Of a stretch of DNA of 64,000 nucleotides, positions 1 to 14,229 are shown piece after piece; positions within the stretch are counted from its first letter, which is position 1; each line of letters begins with the position of its first letter. The notes under the pieces were generated by a model. That model did not search any database. It was not told the DNA's origin and saw nothing but the letters and a program-made list of their open reading frames with translations. Source of the DNA: Mytilus edulis (taxonomy: Eukaryota); contig NC_092352.1 in the NCBI RefSeq assembly GCF_963676685.1, positions 19,468,001 to 19,532,000 of the forward strand, given 5' to 3'. A program made the position numbers and the translations under genes.

Positions 1-1160
1 CTTAGTTTGATTTTAACAAAAATTGAATCCTTGGGGTTCTTTGATATGCTGAATCTAAAAATGTACTTAGATTTTTTATTATTGGCCCAGTTTTCAAGTT
101 GGTCCAAATCGGGGTCCAAAATTAAACTTTGTTTGATTTCATCAAAAATTGAATAATTGGGGTTCTTTGATATGCCAAATCTAACTGTATATGTAGATTC
201 TTAATTTTTGGTCACGTTTTAAAATTGGTCTACATTAAAGTCCAAAGGGTCCAAAATTAAACTAAGTTTGATTTTAACAAAAATTAAATTCTTGGGCCTC
301 TTTGATATGCTGAATCTAAACATGTACTTAGATTTTTGATTATGGGCCCAGTTTTCAAGTTGGTCCATATCAGGATCCAAAATTATTATATTAAGTATTG
401 TGCAATAGCAAGAAATTTTCAATTGCACAGTATTCAGCAATAGCAAGAAATCTTTAATTGCACAGTATTGTGCAATAGCAAGAAATCTTCAATTGCACAG
501 TATTGTGCAATAGCAAATATTTTCAATTGCACAGTATTGCACAATAGCAAGAAATATCTAATTGCACAATATTGTGCAATAGCAAGAAATTCCAATTGGA
601 TTTCAATTGGAGTTATCTTTCTTTGTCCAGAATAGTAGTTGAATCAACTTAAATCATTGTTTTATACAATATACAATGTATATTCACTTTTACTACCAAC
701 TGATAGATTAAAACAATCTTTACCATTCAGTAATAACAAGCACTTTTTTTACATTTTAATATTTTATGATGTATTTAAATGAGTAGTTATTGTTGCAAAC
801 TTCATTAGAAATTTGAATTGAGATCAGTTTTGAAATAAGGGAAAGGGGGATGTGAAAAAAAAATTGGGGGGTCAATTTTTTTCATTTCAGATTTCATAAA
901 TAAAAAGAAAATTTATTCAAACATTTTTTTGAGAGGATTAATATTCAACAGCATAGTGAATTGCTCAAAGGCAAAACAAAAATTTTAAGTTCATTAGACC
1001 ACATTCATTCTGTGTCAGAAACCTATGCTGTGTCAACTATTTAATCACAATCCAAATTTAGAGCTGAATCCAGCTTGAATGTTGTGTCCATACTTGCCCA
1101 AACCATTCAGGGTTCAACCTCTGCGGTCGTATAAAGCTGCGCCCTGCGGAGCATCTGGTT
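1..1160 (+). mobile_element. 3' part of a Helentron-associated (HINE-like) non-autonomous element with internal tandem arrays
   Basis: Roughly 130-bp related repeats at 1-390, a 35-bp array at 395-600, and a GC-rich terminal stem-loop region (ctgcggtcgtataaagctgcgccctgcggagcatctgg) ending in a T-run. This layout is typical of bivalve HINE/pearl-like elements; the family call is inference. Confidence 0.55.
395..600. repeat. 35-bp tandem repeat, about 6 copies (aattgcacagtattgtgcaatagcaagaaatcttc)
   Basis: aattgcacag recurs at 421, 456 and 491. Each unit holds the imperfect palindrome ttgcacagtattgtgcaa. Confidence 0.9.
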
Positions 1161-2633
1161 TTAAGTTTATGACCTAATAATATTCTAAATCTATGATTCT
1201 TTGAAATTTAAAAGAACTTAAATGTGAAAGGACCAGAAGTAAATCGTAAATGATACTAATCAGATGCCTACAAAGTTCATTTGTAGTATACATGTATAAG
1301 GTTCTTTTACAAAGGATTGGGATACAAAAAATTCAGGAGCTCTTTTTATAGGTCAAAAATAGTTTTCATGTGTGTTATTTAAAGGGATATGAGTGATGTT
1401 GAGATAGCTTAAAAAGATATGTGTGAAATATGTGTGGACTGTTAAGTCTGTATAATTGTTAAATCAGTAAAATGATGGATGCTATGTAAAAAAAATTTCT
1501 AAAATGTGAAAGTTTGACAGATCATTTACCTGAATATGTCCAAGTTTTTTTATCCTAAGATTGTATTTTAACAGGATTGCAGTTGCAGACTAAGAGTGAT
1601 TTTGATGATAGGTTCTCATCTTTCTATTGCTTTTGGTTTACTTATTTGATATTTCCAGTTTTGTTTTTTAAGAGAAATAGTATGTACAAAATGTCTTTGA
1701 ATTGGGCTAGTTATTCTAATAAGGATTTGTGTATAAAGTTTTCTGATCAGGTTAGCTATGTATTGTGTATAGGATCTGCTTGTTTTGTTATGGTCAGTAT
1801 TAGTCACTTGTGATTAAAAGTAAATTTGTTTTGTTAATTAAAGTATTGATTTTATTCCCCAGCAAAAAAGTTGGCAATTTTAAAGTTTCATTTCAATAAT
1901 TATTTTGTCTTAAAAATAAAGATGTGCTTGTCAGCTTAATCTTATGGCATCGATTCCTATTTTATGGTACAATTTCTTTTTTGGTGCATTATGAGAGTGA
2001 ATGCTTTGTTATTGCTATGTATAGGAGTGAAAAAGATGTAAATATTGTTCGAGTTATTTATAGAAAAATGAATCATTCATTTCTATTATAAGTAGGTAAA
2101 GTGATTTATTTAATCTGAAATATTGTAAAATATTGTGAAATATTGTGTAAAAATTGGGAAAAAAGAAGAACAGGTCAACCTTTTATTATCAGTGTGTTGT
2201 TGAAGCCTTAGGAAACAAGTCGGTTTTATAAAAGATCTGAAAATGAAAATGCTGATCTTTAATCAGATAAATAACTTGATCTTTTAAAGTAGTGTAAGCT
2301 ATGTAACAGATTTTGGTATCAGTTTTTTTTTTAACTATTTGAGAACACATGTTTGATGGTATGAATGTAGAATATAGATATCATTTTTAACACTAGGAAT
2401 TCTCAAGATTGATAATCCTAGATTTGATATAGATTGATAAAATTTGTATGGTTAACCTTTTTTGATAGAAATTTTGTATATATATTTGTAAATACTAATG
2501 AATTTGTACAGAATAAATAGTTTAAACTTCATATGATGAAGTTTGTTAAATGTACATTTACAAATACAGATGTTTTGGTGTACATTTGGTAAATCTATTT
2601 AATCATGAGTTACATGTAAAGTATTGTAATAAA

Positions 2634-2841
2634 TACTGCAAATTCATAAATTATTGCGTGCATTCATTATTGTGATTTTGTCGTTTTAGAGTAAAATGCG
2701 ATTTAAATTTTTTTCATATTGAGAAAAATCTAGTTTAATTCATAAAAAAAATTCAAAATGTGAGATAAATTATTGCGATTATAACCCTGTTGCATATTTC
2801 TCAATGATAAAAACTTGGCAATAATTTGTGTATTTACAGTA
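2634..2841. mobile_element. MITE with about 22-bp TIRs, TA-flanked (Tc1/mariner-type)
   Basis: tactgcaaattcataaattattgc ... gcaataatttgtgtatttacagta form imperfect inverted termini. Confidence 0.65.
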
Positions 2842-4354
2842 CAATGTATAGCAGTAATTAGTGATCATTTGGTACCTCTTTTATCATGTTGTAAATAATC
2901 ATTGCTAAGGTATCCAGTTATTCAACTTCAAAGTTAAAATCATGGTATTTCAAAATCATAGATTAGCAAGGGTTTCTTTAAGGGCATTAAGACTTATGTT
3001 TCTGTTTTTTGTTAAGCCATCAATTTTAATGACATGCTGCAAATTTTAATCCACATTTTTATAATTTCAGTCAAAATTTGTGTAAAAAATTATTTGGGTA
3101 TTGATTATTCAGTATTGAAATATATTCTCCATTTTAATGTATAAATGATATGAAAGAGCATGTTTATGAGTAAGTTGTTGCAATAACTTGATACAGGTTA
3201 AACCTTTGTCATTGATTGTGTTCATATTAAATGCAGTGGTGAGCTGTCAATAAAAATGAAAAAGAAAATTGAATTTTTGTTAATATTTGTTTTATTTTGT
3301 CTTTTGGCTTTTGACATTTAGCATTATGGTCCATGTTGAACTTACAAAGCTCAAATGAAAAGACCGGTGTAGGCTATATCTAGCATTTTAATAGCATCCA
3401 TTTGTTCATTATCGTATTACATTTTTATTTAGTCCTGTATTGGAGAAGCTAAAAAGCACAAATGTTTGCCTTCTTGTCAGTTGGTATTCAATCTATCTGT
3501 TAAGTATCTTGGTGTGTCAAACCAAGGACATACACATTAGTATTTGAAGTCCAATGCACTAGCATGTAAGACTAAGAGCAAAGACTAGTTGTCTCAGTGT
3601 TAGAATAATGTGTCTGAGTAGGGTGTCTTCCTCTGGACTGTTTCAATGTGAGCAAGCATTTGCACATCCAGGACAGCTTGTTCCTTCCTGTTTAAAAAAA
3701 AAGCAGGATCCATATTGATATCATATAGACATGGTCCTGCCAAGGAATATACATTTTTAATTTGCCACTGTACAATAAACAGCTGTCATCCTGCAATACT
3801 AGTGTGTGTATAACCATCAATCACTAATCAAATGTGTGATGGAAATAGTCAAAGGAAACTACAAATCAAGTTTTGTTCCAGGAAGTTGTGGTTCTAAGAC
3901 ATAGAAGAAATCTTGAATTACCTATTTTCTGCTCTTTATTATCTAATGCCTGAATCAGATATTTTGTTTATAGTCATTTCATAGGCAGTTCTACATTTTG
4001 TAGTGGCCCTTGGACATGGAAAATCAATTAGTTCATAGACAAAAGAAAACCTTGATCAGAATGAATCCTCAGAAATAGTACATGTAATGGGCTAACAGTT
4101 TTCGAAAATATCAATGTCTTTATAAATATTGTTCCGATGGAAATTTGTTCCGCCTACGCCATTAACAACTATTACTCAATATTAACACAGACCACAGACT
4201 CTATCTTAATCAAATGCTTGATCTTTATAAGTGTTAACCAATGTAACTGCTGATGGGGAACTTTGTATTGAATAATATGCAATATATGTAGCAGAGTTGT
4301 CATGTTTCAACTGGAGATTTTAACATTTTTGTTCTCCAAACGATTTATTTTATT

Positions 4355-4775
4355 GTCTAGCCTAAGATTTCTACTGCAGACGGCTTGACAGGGATTGTGA
4401 TGTGATAGCGGCCGGGTTAACAAACTTCTTAAAAGCTTAATATTTAGATGCTAGAAGATCTAGATCCTTCATACTTTATTTATATATAATATGCATTATC
4501 TTATGAAGTTTCCGTCTGTCATATGTCCTTTGTTCTTGACCTCATTTTCATGGTTCAGTGACTATTTAAAAAAAAAGATGTGTATTATTCTTGCTTTCTT
4601 TCTTATTATGAGTAATATGATAATTATATTATATTGTGCGTACCTTGAAAGGTCCTCATGCCCATGAAACAGTTTTCACTTGACCTCAACCTCATCTCAT
4701 GGATCAGTGAACAAGGTTGATACTTCAAGCAATAGGTTTACTATATTTGGTGTATGGAATAATTGTAATGTGTAT
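4355..4775 (+). mobile_element. Degenerate partial copy of the HINE-like family at 61339-62479
   Basis: Shares cttcatacttt...gaagtttcc.tctgtca, gacctcattttcatggttcagtgact and gacctcatttcatggatc blocks with 61440-61700. Confidence 0.7.
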
Positions 4776-4854
4776 ATTGTATATCCGTGGATTGCGGAAT
4801 ATCGTCCACATTTCTAAAACGTTGAACGTAAATTGATTGCGTCATGTGTTAAAC

Positions 4855-5003
4855 AGTTATTGGCCAATCAAATCGGTATATTGGATTTAATTTGCACGGC
4901 TCGTGTGACCCTTTAACCAGAACTCCTACGTCGTTCGGGTTAATTAGGGTCACACGAGCCATGCAAATTAAATCCCATATACCGACTTGCTTGGTCAATA
5001 ACT
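4855..5003. repeat. Fold-back (palindromic) element, about 60-bp arms
   Basis: agttattggccaatcaaatcggtatattggatttaatttgcacggctcgtgtgaccct versus agggtcacacgagccatgcaaattaaatcccatataccgacttgcttggtcaataact. Confidence 0.85.
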
Positions 5004-5989
5004 ATAACATAATTGATGATTTGAATATTTTTTAATAAAACTACTCTTTATTCCCTAGAATGGCACTACTAAGAGAAAAAGGTTTGAAGTGGATAAAATG
5101 CCAATGAGATAAGCAATCAAACGATAAAATAGCATCTAACAGTCAAAATGTGGTCTTCAAGAACTGAAAATGTGTACATAATTTCAAGCTTTAAATCGCC
5201 GAACGTCTAACAAATATTTAATGAACAGAGACAAACAAAGATCTATCATTAACAAGTATGTCCTAAATATGACAAGATATAATTAAAGACCACCACTTTC
5301 AGGAGGTTAAATTATGATATCATTTTTATCATCTCCACCCTCATCTTAATAGAACAATAAAAGGTTCGTCCATGAACTTACAATAAAAGTTAGTACATGA
5401 AAGGTGCTCAACGATATAAAAGTAAAAAAGTTACACAAAAAAAAACACATGTACAATGAAAACCATATCAAAGAATGTTTATATTTACAGAGAGCAAACA
5501 AAAAGAAAGTTTTGCTTATTCAGCGAAACGACTTCATTTGTTACGTACAAGACGATGAATAAAAAAATGAAACGACAATACAATAATAGCTTGTCATGGT
5601 AAGAGGTCAACTACGACACAAGGAAAGATGCACAATAACCATTCTATTGTGCACACTAACTGTTATTGTCCTTGACTTAATTATAGGGTCAGTTTCTCAG
5701 TTGGTATGAGAAAAAGTCAAAAACACATTTGGCCACCAGATTCGTTATATATGGATTACAAGTCGCATGAAATGATTCACCGAGCGCATTTTTACCCGTT
5801 CCTCTTAAAATTTTCGTGATTAGGTCATGTTGTTTTCATGTCCCTTCTTTTCATTTTTGATAATCAAAAGGTGATCTTTACTTTTTGTGACCTCCTGTTC
5901 AACGGTTAGTTTGAGTGATTAATTAAGATGACTGACAGTTGTTGTTTGGAAGTGAAGCACAGTTGGTCATGAGAATGAATGTTTGTGAA

Positions 5990-8349
5990 ATATTATATTT
6001 GACAGTGGAACTATTCCTGATAATTGGCTTTCCGGAAATATAATACCTTTATTTAAGAATAAAGGTAACAAACATGATCCTAGCAATTTTAGACCTATAA
6101 CAGTTATAAGCTGCTTTGGGAAATTATTTACTTCTATTTTGAATTCACGTTTGAATAAATTTTCTGATGATTTTTGTTTACTATGTCAGAATCAAGCTGG
6201 TTTCAGAGAAGGTTATTCTACTACAGATAATTTATTTGTTATCTACATGCTTATAAGTATCATGAAAAATAAGAAAAAGAAACTATTCTGTGCATTTGTA
6301 GATTTTGCTAAAGCCTTTGATACTGTTAGGAGAAAGGGTCTTTGGCATAAATTACTTGTGAATGATATTAACGGTAAAATGTATAATGTAATTTTTAATA
6401 TGTAAACTGTTATTAAATCTCGTATTATGTATAATGGTGAAATGTCAGAATACTTTTCATGCAATATCGGTGTAAGACAGGGTGAAAATATGTCTCCTTT
6501 TTTATTTTCATTGTATTTGAACGATCTTCAACAGTTTATTGAAGAAAAAAATGTATGTGGTTTAAATTGTATTACTGATGAAATAGAGAATGAGTTTGAT
6601 ATCTACTTAAAACTGTTTGTGTTATTGTACGCAGGTGATACAGTGTTATTTTCGGATAATGCATCCGATCTACAGTTGCAATTAAGAATTGAATGCTTCT
6701 TTTTGTAACTTTATTAAGGTGTAAAAGCGTTGACCGAAGTACATTTTGTATGAAGCGCGGAAGCGCTTCATTCTAAAAATGTACGCACGGTCAACGCTTT
6801 TACAACCCTATAAAGTTACAAAAAGAAGCATTCAATACTTATAATTACATTTTTTAGCTATGATCATGAAAACACGAATTTTATATATTTTATTATTTAA
6901 TTCACCTGTGCACTTAATTTTTGGAGCACGTGTTATCATGAGTGAAAAGTTGTATTGAGCAATGCAACTGCTTACGGAATAACACGTGATGTGCAGTTAG
7001 CCAATCAGAATAAAATATTATAATGAAACATACATCTAATGTAATTATTTAGATATATTCTTTGAATATTGCAGTACCTGGAAATTAAAAGTTAACACAA
7101 GTAAAACTAAGATTATAATTTTTTCTGGTGGTAGATTACCCCAAAATATTAACTTTATATAAGACGGAAATGCATTGGAGATAGTCAATGAATTGACATA
7201 TCTTGGGTTGAATTTTTCAAGAACAGGTAGCTTTATGAGTGCTAAGAAGATTTTAGTTAGAAAAGCAAATAAAGCAATGTATGAAGTATTGAAAAAAGGG
7301 AGGTTGCACAACTTGTCAGTGAAATTGCAATATGATCTTTTTGATAAAATTGTGAAGCCAATTCTCCTGTATGGGTGTGAGATTTGGGGTTTCAGTAATA
7401 CTGATATTATAGAAAAAGTGCATTTAAAATTTTGTAAACTATTATTAAACCTTAAGAAGTCGACACCCAATTTTATGATTTATGGTGAACTTGATATTTA
7501 TTCCATGTCTTTATATATACAGCTGCGTATGGTTAATTTTTGGTCAAAAATGGTAAATGGGGATGATAACAGGATTGCTAAAATACTATACAAATACATG
7601 TTCTTGAAAAATTCTGACAACCAATTTAGGTCAGATTGGTTGAAATACATTAAAGATATATTAGATAAATGTGGATACAGCAATATATGGTTGTCACAAG
7701 GAAATTTTAATTTTAAGTGGTTGGGTATTTAGTTAAAACAAAAGTTATTTGATCAGTTTCAACAGAAATGGAGACCTGATATTGACTGTTCGTCAAAAGG
7801 TTTGGCCTACAAATTGTATAAACAAAATTTTGAATTTGAGGAATATCTGAATATTTTAAGTGATAAAGATAGAATAACATGTTGTAGATTTCGTACGGGT
7901 AAACCATAAGTTACCCATCGAAACTGGTAGATGGAATAAGATTGAGCGAAACCTTAGATATTGTAACTTATGTCATTGTAACGAGATTGGTGGTGAATTT
8001 CATTACACTTTGCAGTGTAGTTCTTTGGCAAATTTTCGAGCACAATATTTGGATACTTTTTTCTTGCACAGATGTAACATCCTAAAATTTGAAAAACTAT
8101 TTCAGTTAAAAATTAAAAATAAGTTGAAAAAGCTGTGCAAATTTATCAGGGTTATAACTTTTCAAGTGAGTCTTTCTGGTTAATCACCACTCTTCTCTAC
8201 TATACTGTTTATTTTATTTTATTTGATATTTTCATCTCATCTTGTCATGTGTGTTTGTGTTATGTTATATGACTTTTGCTGAACTTCTTTGTACCATTGT
8301 ATCTTTATGGTGTTTGAGAAATAAAGAATCTTGAAATCTTGAATCTTGA
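5990..8349 (+). mobile_element. 5'-truncated, decayed non-LTR retrotransposon (CR1/L2 group); reverse transcriptase pseudogene plus 3' UTR
   Basis: RT motifs DPSNFRPITVISCFGKLF, QAGFREGYSTTDN, FVDFAKAFDTV, GVRQGENMSPFLF, LLYAGD (from YADD), LKVNTSKTK and YLG. C-terminal CNLC..IGGEFHYTLQC. Several stops and frameshifts; the ORF ends near 8183. The 3' end has aataaa plus a (tcttgaa)-type tandem tail at 8320-8349. Confidence 0.9.
6685..7048. mobile_element. Non-autonomous element with a long asymmetric hairpin, inserted in the LINE RT domain
   Basis: Removing it restores ...DLQLQL|DIFFEYCSTWKLKVN. tta is duplicated at 6682-84 and 7049-51. A hairpin with about 70-bp arms spans about 6688-6837. 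Confidence 0.8.
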
Positions 8350-9289
8350 GTGAATTCTATGCAATACGATATTATCTATTTGATAACTAAGTTATCAAAA
8401 TCATTGTTAAAAAAACAATTTGCTCTTCGTGAGCCCTTTAATTGGAATAAACATCTTATAAAAGGTTTCAGAAGTGTTAATCTATTTCGTGAACTGTTGA
8501 AAGGTAAACATAAACGGGATGCACCTAAATTAAAATTAAGACTAAAGCTAGATTAGAGGAGAAACTGCACATAAAAATCAAAGCAGTTTCCCATCCCTAT
8601 TAGTACTTTAATTAAATAGTAAAATTGGGTTTTAAAATTATTGTTTTCCCCAGTAACAATAACATAGAAACTGTAAATGGTGTATCATATATTAGCAATT
8701 AGCTTTTAAAGTCACGAATCGGTAAAGTGTAACTTTTATTTATGTACGTATCGTGAGGTCTTTAGGTAGATTTGATGATAAAATTGCCTTCAAAACAAAT
8801 ATGTTGATTGTAATAACTTCCATTCTATTTTTATTAAGATATTAAAATATTGAAACAGGTGTAATATATGAGATGAACTTATGAACTTCAGATAAATTGC
8901 ATCCGACTTTAGTTACAGTTAATAAAGAGAAAATAAACACTGATTCACTAGGCCAGGATGCTAAGTTTGTCCTTGATGGTGTAGTGAGTTGTGCAATGCT
9001 CAAAGTAGGACTGCAAATGCCACATTGGCTTAACGAATAACGCATTGTTTTAATTATCATAACTCCCCTTTTGGTGTTGTGTCTGTTGTGTCTTGCTTTC
9101 CCCAATTATTGAAAGTCTCTCAGCTACCAGCTAAATGCAAATAAGACTGTTGTTTACTGTGATAATATTTATTTTATACACGGTTAATGGTTTCTGGTGG
9201 ATGTTACACAGTAATCGCTTGACCAGTGGTCGTCTTAACCTTTGAGTTTTCAACCACTCCCCAATCAGCTAAACTTGAAGACAACTTGT

Positions 9290-11010
9290 AATATCAGGAG
9301 TGTGACTGTCTATTTCAGTGGTATCATTGGTTTCTTTTCTAGATCAGAAGTGGGCCGCGGGTTGTTTCAATGGTATCATTGGTGTCTGTATCAGTTCGGG
9401 AGTGTGACGAATTATTGCAATTGCATCATTGGTGTCTGTACCAGATCAGGAGTGTGACGGATTGTTGCAATGGTATCATTGGTATCTGTACCAGATCAGG
9501 AGTGTGACGGATTTTTGCAATGGTATCATTGGTATCTGTACCAGATCAGGAGTGTGACGAATAGTTTTTGTGGTTTCATTGATTGCTTTACCCAGTGAGA
9601 AGTGTTACAGATTATTTCAATGGTATCATCCGTGTCTGTACCAGGTCAAGAGTGTAACGGATTGTTTCAATGGTATCGTTGATGTCTGTACCTGGTCCGG
9701 AGCTTGATGGTTTGTTTCAGTTGTTTCATTGGTGGCTTTACTAAGTGAGGAGTAGGACAGATTATTTCAATGGTATCATTGGTGTCTGTACCAGGTCAGA
9801 AGTATAGAAGGATTGTTTCAATGGTTTCATTGATGTATGCACTTGATCGGGAGCGTGACGAATGTTTCAGTGGTTTCATTGTTGCTTTTTCAAATGAGGA
9901 ATGTGACGGATTATTTCAATTGTACCATTGGTGTCTGTACCAGATCATGAGCTTGACAGATTGTTTCAGTTGTTTCATTGGTGGCTTTACTAAATGAGGA
10001 GTGTGACGGATTGTTTCAGTGGTATCATTGATGTTTTTACAAGTTGGGAGCGTGGCATATTATTTCAGTGGTTTCATTGGTGGCTTTACCAAGTGAGGAG
10101 TTTCACTGATTTAAACGGTATCATTTACGTTTGTACCAGACAGGGAGCGTGACGGATTTTTTCAGTGGTTTCGTTGGTGGCTTTACCAAGTCGGAAGTGT
10201 GACGGATTGTTTCAATGGTTTCATTGGTTGCTGCATGTACCAGTCAAGAGTGTGACAGATAGTTTCAATGGGATTATTGATGTCTGTACCAGATCGGGAG
10301 TTTGATGGATTGTTTCAATTGTATCATTGGTGTCTGCACTAGTTCATGCGTATGACGGATTGTTTCAATGGTATAAAGGGTTCTGTACCATGTCAGAAGT
10401 ATGCCGGATTATGTCAATGGTATCATTGATGTTTGTACCAGCTGCGTGACGGATTGTTTCTGTGATTTAATTGGTTGCTTTACCCATGCAGTGAGGACTG
10501 TTACAGAATATTTCAATGGTTGTATTGGTGTCTGTACAAGGTCCGGAGCCTGACGGTTTGTGTCAGTTGTTTAATTGGTGGTTTTACCAAGTGAGTTGTG
10601 TGACGGATTATTTCAATGGTATCATTGGTGTCTGTACTAGGTCACTCACTCAGTATGAAGTATGAAGGATTGTTTCAATTGTAGCATTAATGTTATTGGC
10701 AATATTTTAAGAATGGTTTCATTGGTTGATTTACTTAAGGAGGAGGGTGACGGATTATGTCAATGGTATCATTGATGTCTCTACTAGGTGGTCGGGAGTA
10801 TGACGGATTGTTTCGTAGGTATCATTGAATACTTTACCAAGTGAAGAGTTTGACGGATTGTTTCAATGATATCATTGATGTATGTACAAGATCAGGAGTG
10901 TGAAGTATTATTTCAATGGTATCATTGACGTCTGTGCCGGGTCAGGAGTATGACGGGCTATTTCAATAGTCTCATTGAACTTTGTGCCGGGTCAGGAGCT
11001 TGACGGATTA
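9290..11010. repeat. 50-bp satellite array, about 34 diverged units
   Basis: Unit gagtgtgacggattgtttcaatggtatcattggtgtctgtaccagatcag with period 50 (e.g. 9431 vs 9481). A second variant ends ggtggctttaccaagtgag. Confidence 0.92.
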
Positions 11011-13238
11011 CTTCCACCTGTTCTACCCTGTCTTCCCATTTCGTTTATTGTTTGCGATCTTCAGTTATTTTGTTTGATTTTCCTTCATATTTTTGTGAGG
11101 TTGTTTTTATGTACAAGTATCTGTCCATTATATCATTTTTTCTTTCTAAAAGAGGAGATTAAATTTAACCGAAAAACAAAATTTTGAGAGGAAAAGCGTG
11201 ACGGTTAGCTTTCACATGTTCAAAATGAAGGAAATAGAATGCGTCACAAAGAAATGTTTACAAGTATATCTATTATCAGTTAATGCCTTAGTTTTCAAAT
11301 GCGGTAAATATATCCCTTTGTCAGTATAAGTCAATTATGTTAAATAGCTATTTTACAATTGCAGTCTTCCATTTCGTATTATTTAATGTACTGAAACCAT
11401 TTGAAAAAACGAAATTGATGATCCAAAATTGCGACGGTATACACGCCTTATCCTATATCACAACAATGAGAAATGTGTCGAGTTGAGGCATTTTACATAA
11501 TTTTTAGGTATTGACGGAATTAATTTCGCCACGATTTGATTTAAATGAACATTGAATACCATATAATACCAGAAATTGTAAAGTAATGTTATTTCAATAT
11601 ACGAAACTACCGCATAAGTTTTGTTAATATTCATTTAGGATGATAAACGTAAAGAATAACATGATATTCTTTACACAGTTTAAAATTGGTTGTCATGCAG
11701 TCCATTATCGGATTAGTGGAAACATTTTCATTCTAACCAAAAGATATAGTATACAGATGGGAAGGTTTCATTTATAAATGACAATTAAAATGTATAATAA
11801 TAAAATCCGAAAGAGAAAAGTTAAACTCATTGAAATGATTTTCGTCCGGCCGCCATGGGGTTTAAATTTTCATAAAAACGACGAAGTATTGTCTAGGTGT
11901 CATAGAGTCAACAGATTTGTCTTGGGAATGGACATTAATTACTCAATTCGAAATTTAATTGGGAAAAGACGTTAGCTGCAAACACCAAACATTTTCATTA
12001 GATTTGCTGGTTATCAGATGAACCCTAATTAAAAGCGGTATAAAGATTAACATTTAATAGACGATCCAACAAAAAATATATGAGATGTTACAATATTGAG
12101 TTCAGTGTTTACGGGAAACGTCTTCTCCAAGACTGTTATTATTTCTTCTTAATATTAGTTGGCTGTTTGTCTATTGTAATATTTCAGAATATTGTTCTCT
12201 GTTGTTTATTATGTGTCACAATGTAAATATGTTTGTATTGCTATATAATGTAACCACTGATTAAATGAAAAAAAAATCATTCATTCGTTCATTCTTAATG
12301 AGTATCAACATAATAATAAATAGATATATGTAACTTTGGATAATCAAATTAATGTTCATTGTGAAAATAAATCTTTTGGGACTGTCTGTGTCGTGTAGAT
12401 ATAAATACATTATCGGATTATATATAGTTACCTAAACTTGTCTAACCTCCTCGTTTGGTTTGAACATTTAAGCAATCAGAATTTCATAGTACTGTTAAAC
12501 CGAAACTAATTCTTAAACCAAACATTTAATAATTCAGAAAACGAAACACTAGACTGGTATTGGCCTGAATGCAAAATTGCAACAATTTCACTAAATTCAC
12601 TCAAGGACTATCACCCACGTGACAGTAAACTTCAGATCAACAATATACCAAACCAAAAACTATAAACACATGTAACAAGACGATCAGCATGCACATATAT
12701 ATATGTATATATACTCGCAGAATATACCAAATTACTTATCGCCGAAACAAATATAAAAATTTCAGGTCGAATTAAAAGGTTCAAGTTTTTAAATGTTTGA
12801 GAAAGTCCGGATAAAATGTTGTGTTTTTTTTTCTTCAAATTTATCTTGATAACCTTATTGTTTAAGTGAAATATTGTTTGATTGCATCTTGTCCAGAAAA
12901 TAGTAAAAATTGTAGAGGTGGCCTTTATTGGAATGAATGAATCTTTTGAATGTACCATAATTGTTGATATGATTGTCGTCTTTCATGTTTATGACAAAAT
13001 ACAAAACGATAAATATTTGATTTTGTAATGGCAAAATAATTAATTTAATATAAAAAATGTCGATTTTACGAAATTTCACACGGTCCAATAGACCCTATTT
13101 AAATACCTTATAAATAACAACATCCACCTGTATATATAAATATATCCTGTTTATAACCAACCTAGTGTTAACTTTGTGTTAAAACCCAATAATTTATGTA
13201 TTCGGATTTATAAATGGTTAGAATTTAACAAGAAAACA

Positions 13239-13435
13239 ATGTTAAAAAAAACGTGGAATATTATATCAGCTGTAGCTGTTCGTGTGATTTTAATGGTCCA
13301 TTGCTTTTTAGCAGTATGGAGAGCTGCTGATGTGAGAAATAATGATTTATACTGGCTTATGGCCTTAACCAATGTGTTTATGGTGGCCGAAGGAATATTT
13401 AGAATAGTAAAAAAAGAGTCTCAAGAATCCAAATG
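13239..13435 (+). CDS. TMEM26: Transmembrane protein 26, coding exon 1 of join(13239..13435,26011..26158,26641..27375), 359 aa
   Basis: MLKKTWNIISAVAVRVILMVHCFLAVWRAADVRNNDLYWLMAL...ESKW matches the TMEM26 N-terminus. GT donor gtaagt at 13436, phase 2. Confidence 0.88.
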
Positions 13436-14229
13436 GTAAGTTAGATATCCAGTATATATATCATACAGAAATCCTACTATATTCTTGTTAAAATAATTGC
13501 ATCATTATACAGCAATGAGAAACTTTCACTAAGGACTACGATAGGACATCTTTGTTAATATTATCTTAGGATAACTTTGATGTACAGTCTGAGACAGATC
13601 ATAAGACAGTCCTAAGTATGTACTATAATTTTTCCTAAGACATATTTTAAGATAAATCTTGGGACACTTTCGATGACACGGCCCCAAATTTACATACACT
13701 TCTTTCCTAAGTTTTTATGTTGAACATAAAGTTATATTTAGTGTTATAAGATATACCCAATAAATATGTTCATTCGTCGTAAGTCTAGACATTGTACCTA
13801 AAATGAAAAGAAAACATATGACAAGAAAGGCTAATTATCTTGGTTGTGCTCAACGATTCACTTGTCATCCTTCTTCTTTACCTAAGAACATGGAAAAATT
13901 TCATAACATTATTTTTGATCATATATTAGGAAGTGTTTTCAATTGATACAGATATGATAGGAAACTGATGAATTCACTGACAATAATTATAAGTGATATA
14001 AGTGATAGATATAGTCTTAGACGTTAATTAACTTTTCTTTTGATAATTATTCATGTAACGAAATTTTCAGTTGCATAATTTAGGTACAAGTTGTTCCCGT
14101 TGGCCATTGTTTCGCATTATCGAATGCATACATTAATTTCCAAATTTATACAGCACTTTTTTTCTGCAGTATAATTAGATATTGAATAGACTATTCAATT
14201 GAACACTTTTTGTATTCTCTTCTTTTCTT

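Noticed and set aside
1200-3300. T-rich block ending near aataaa as a decayed LINE or an upstream gene's 3' UTR
   Set aside because: No convincing protein motif or element boundary was visible by eye.
9290-11010. Repeat array as a CRISPR or as a coding repeat (ORFs 9242 and 9770)
   Set aside because: Units are contiguous with no unique spacers, the context is eukaryotic, and the 50-bp period breaks the reading frame.
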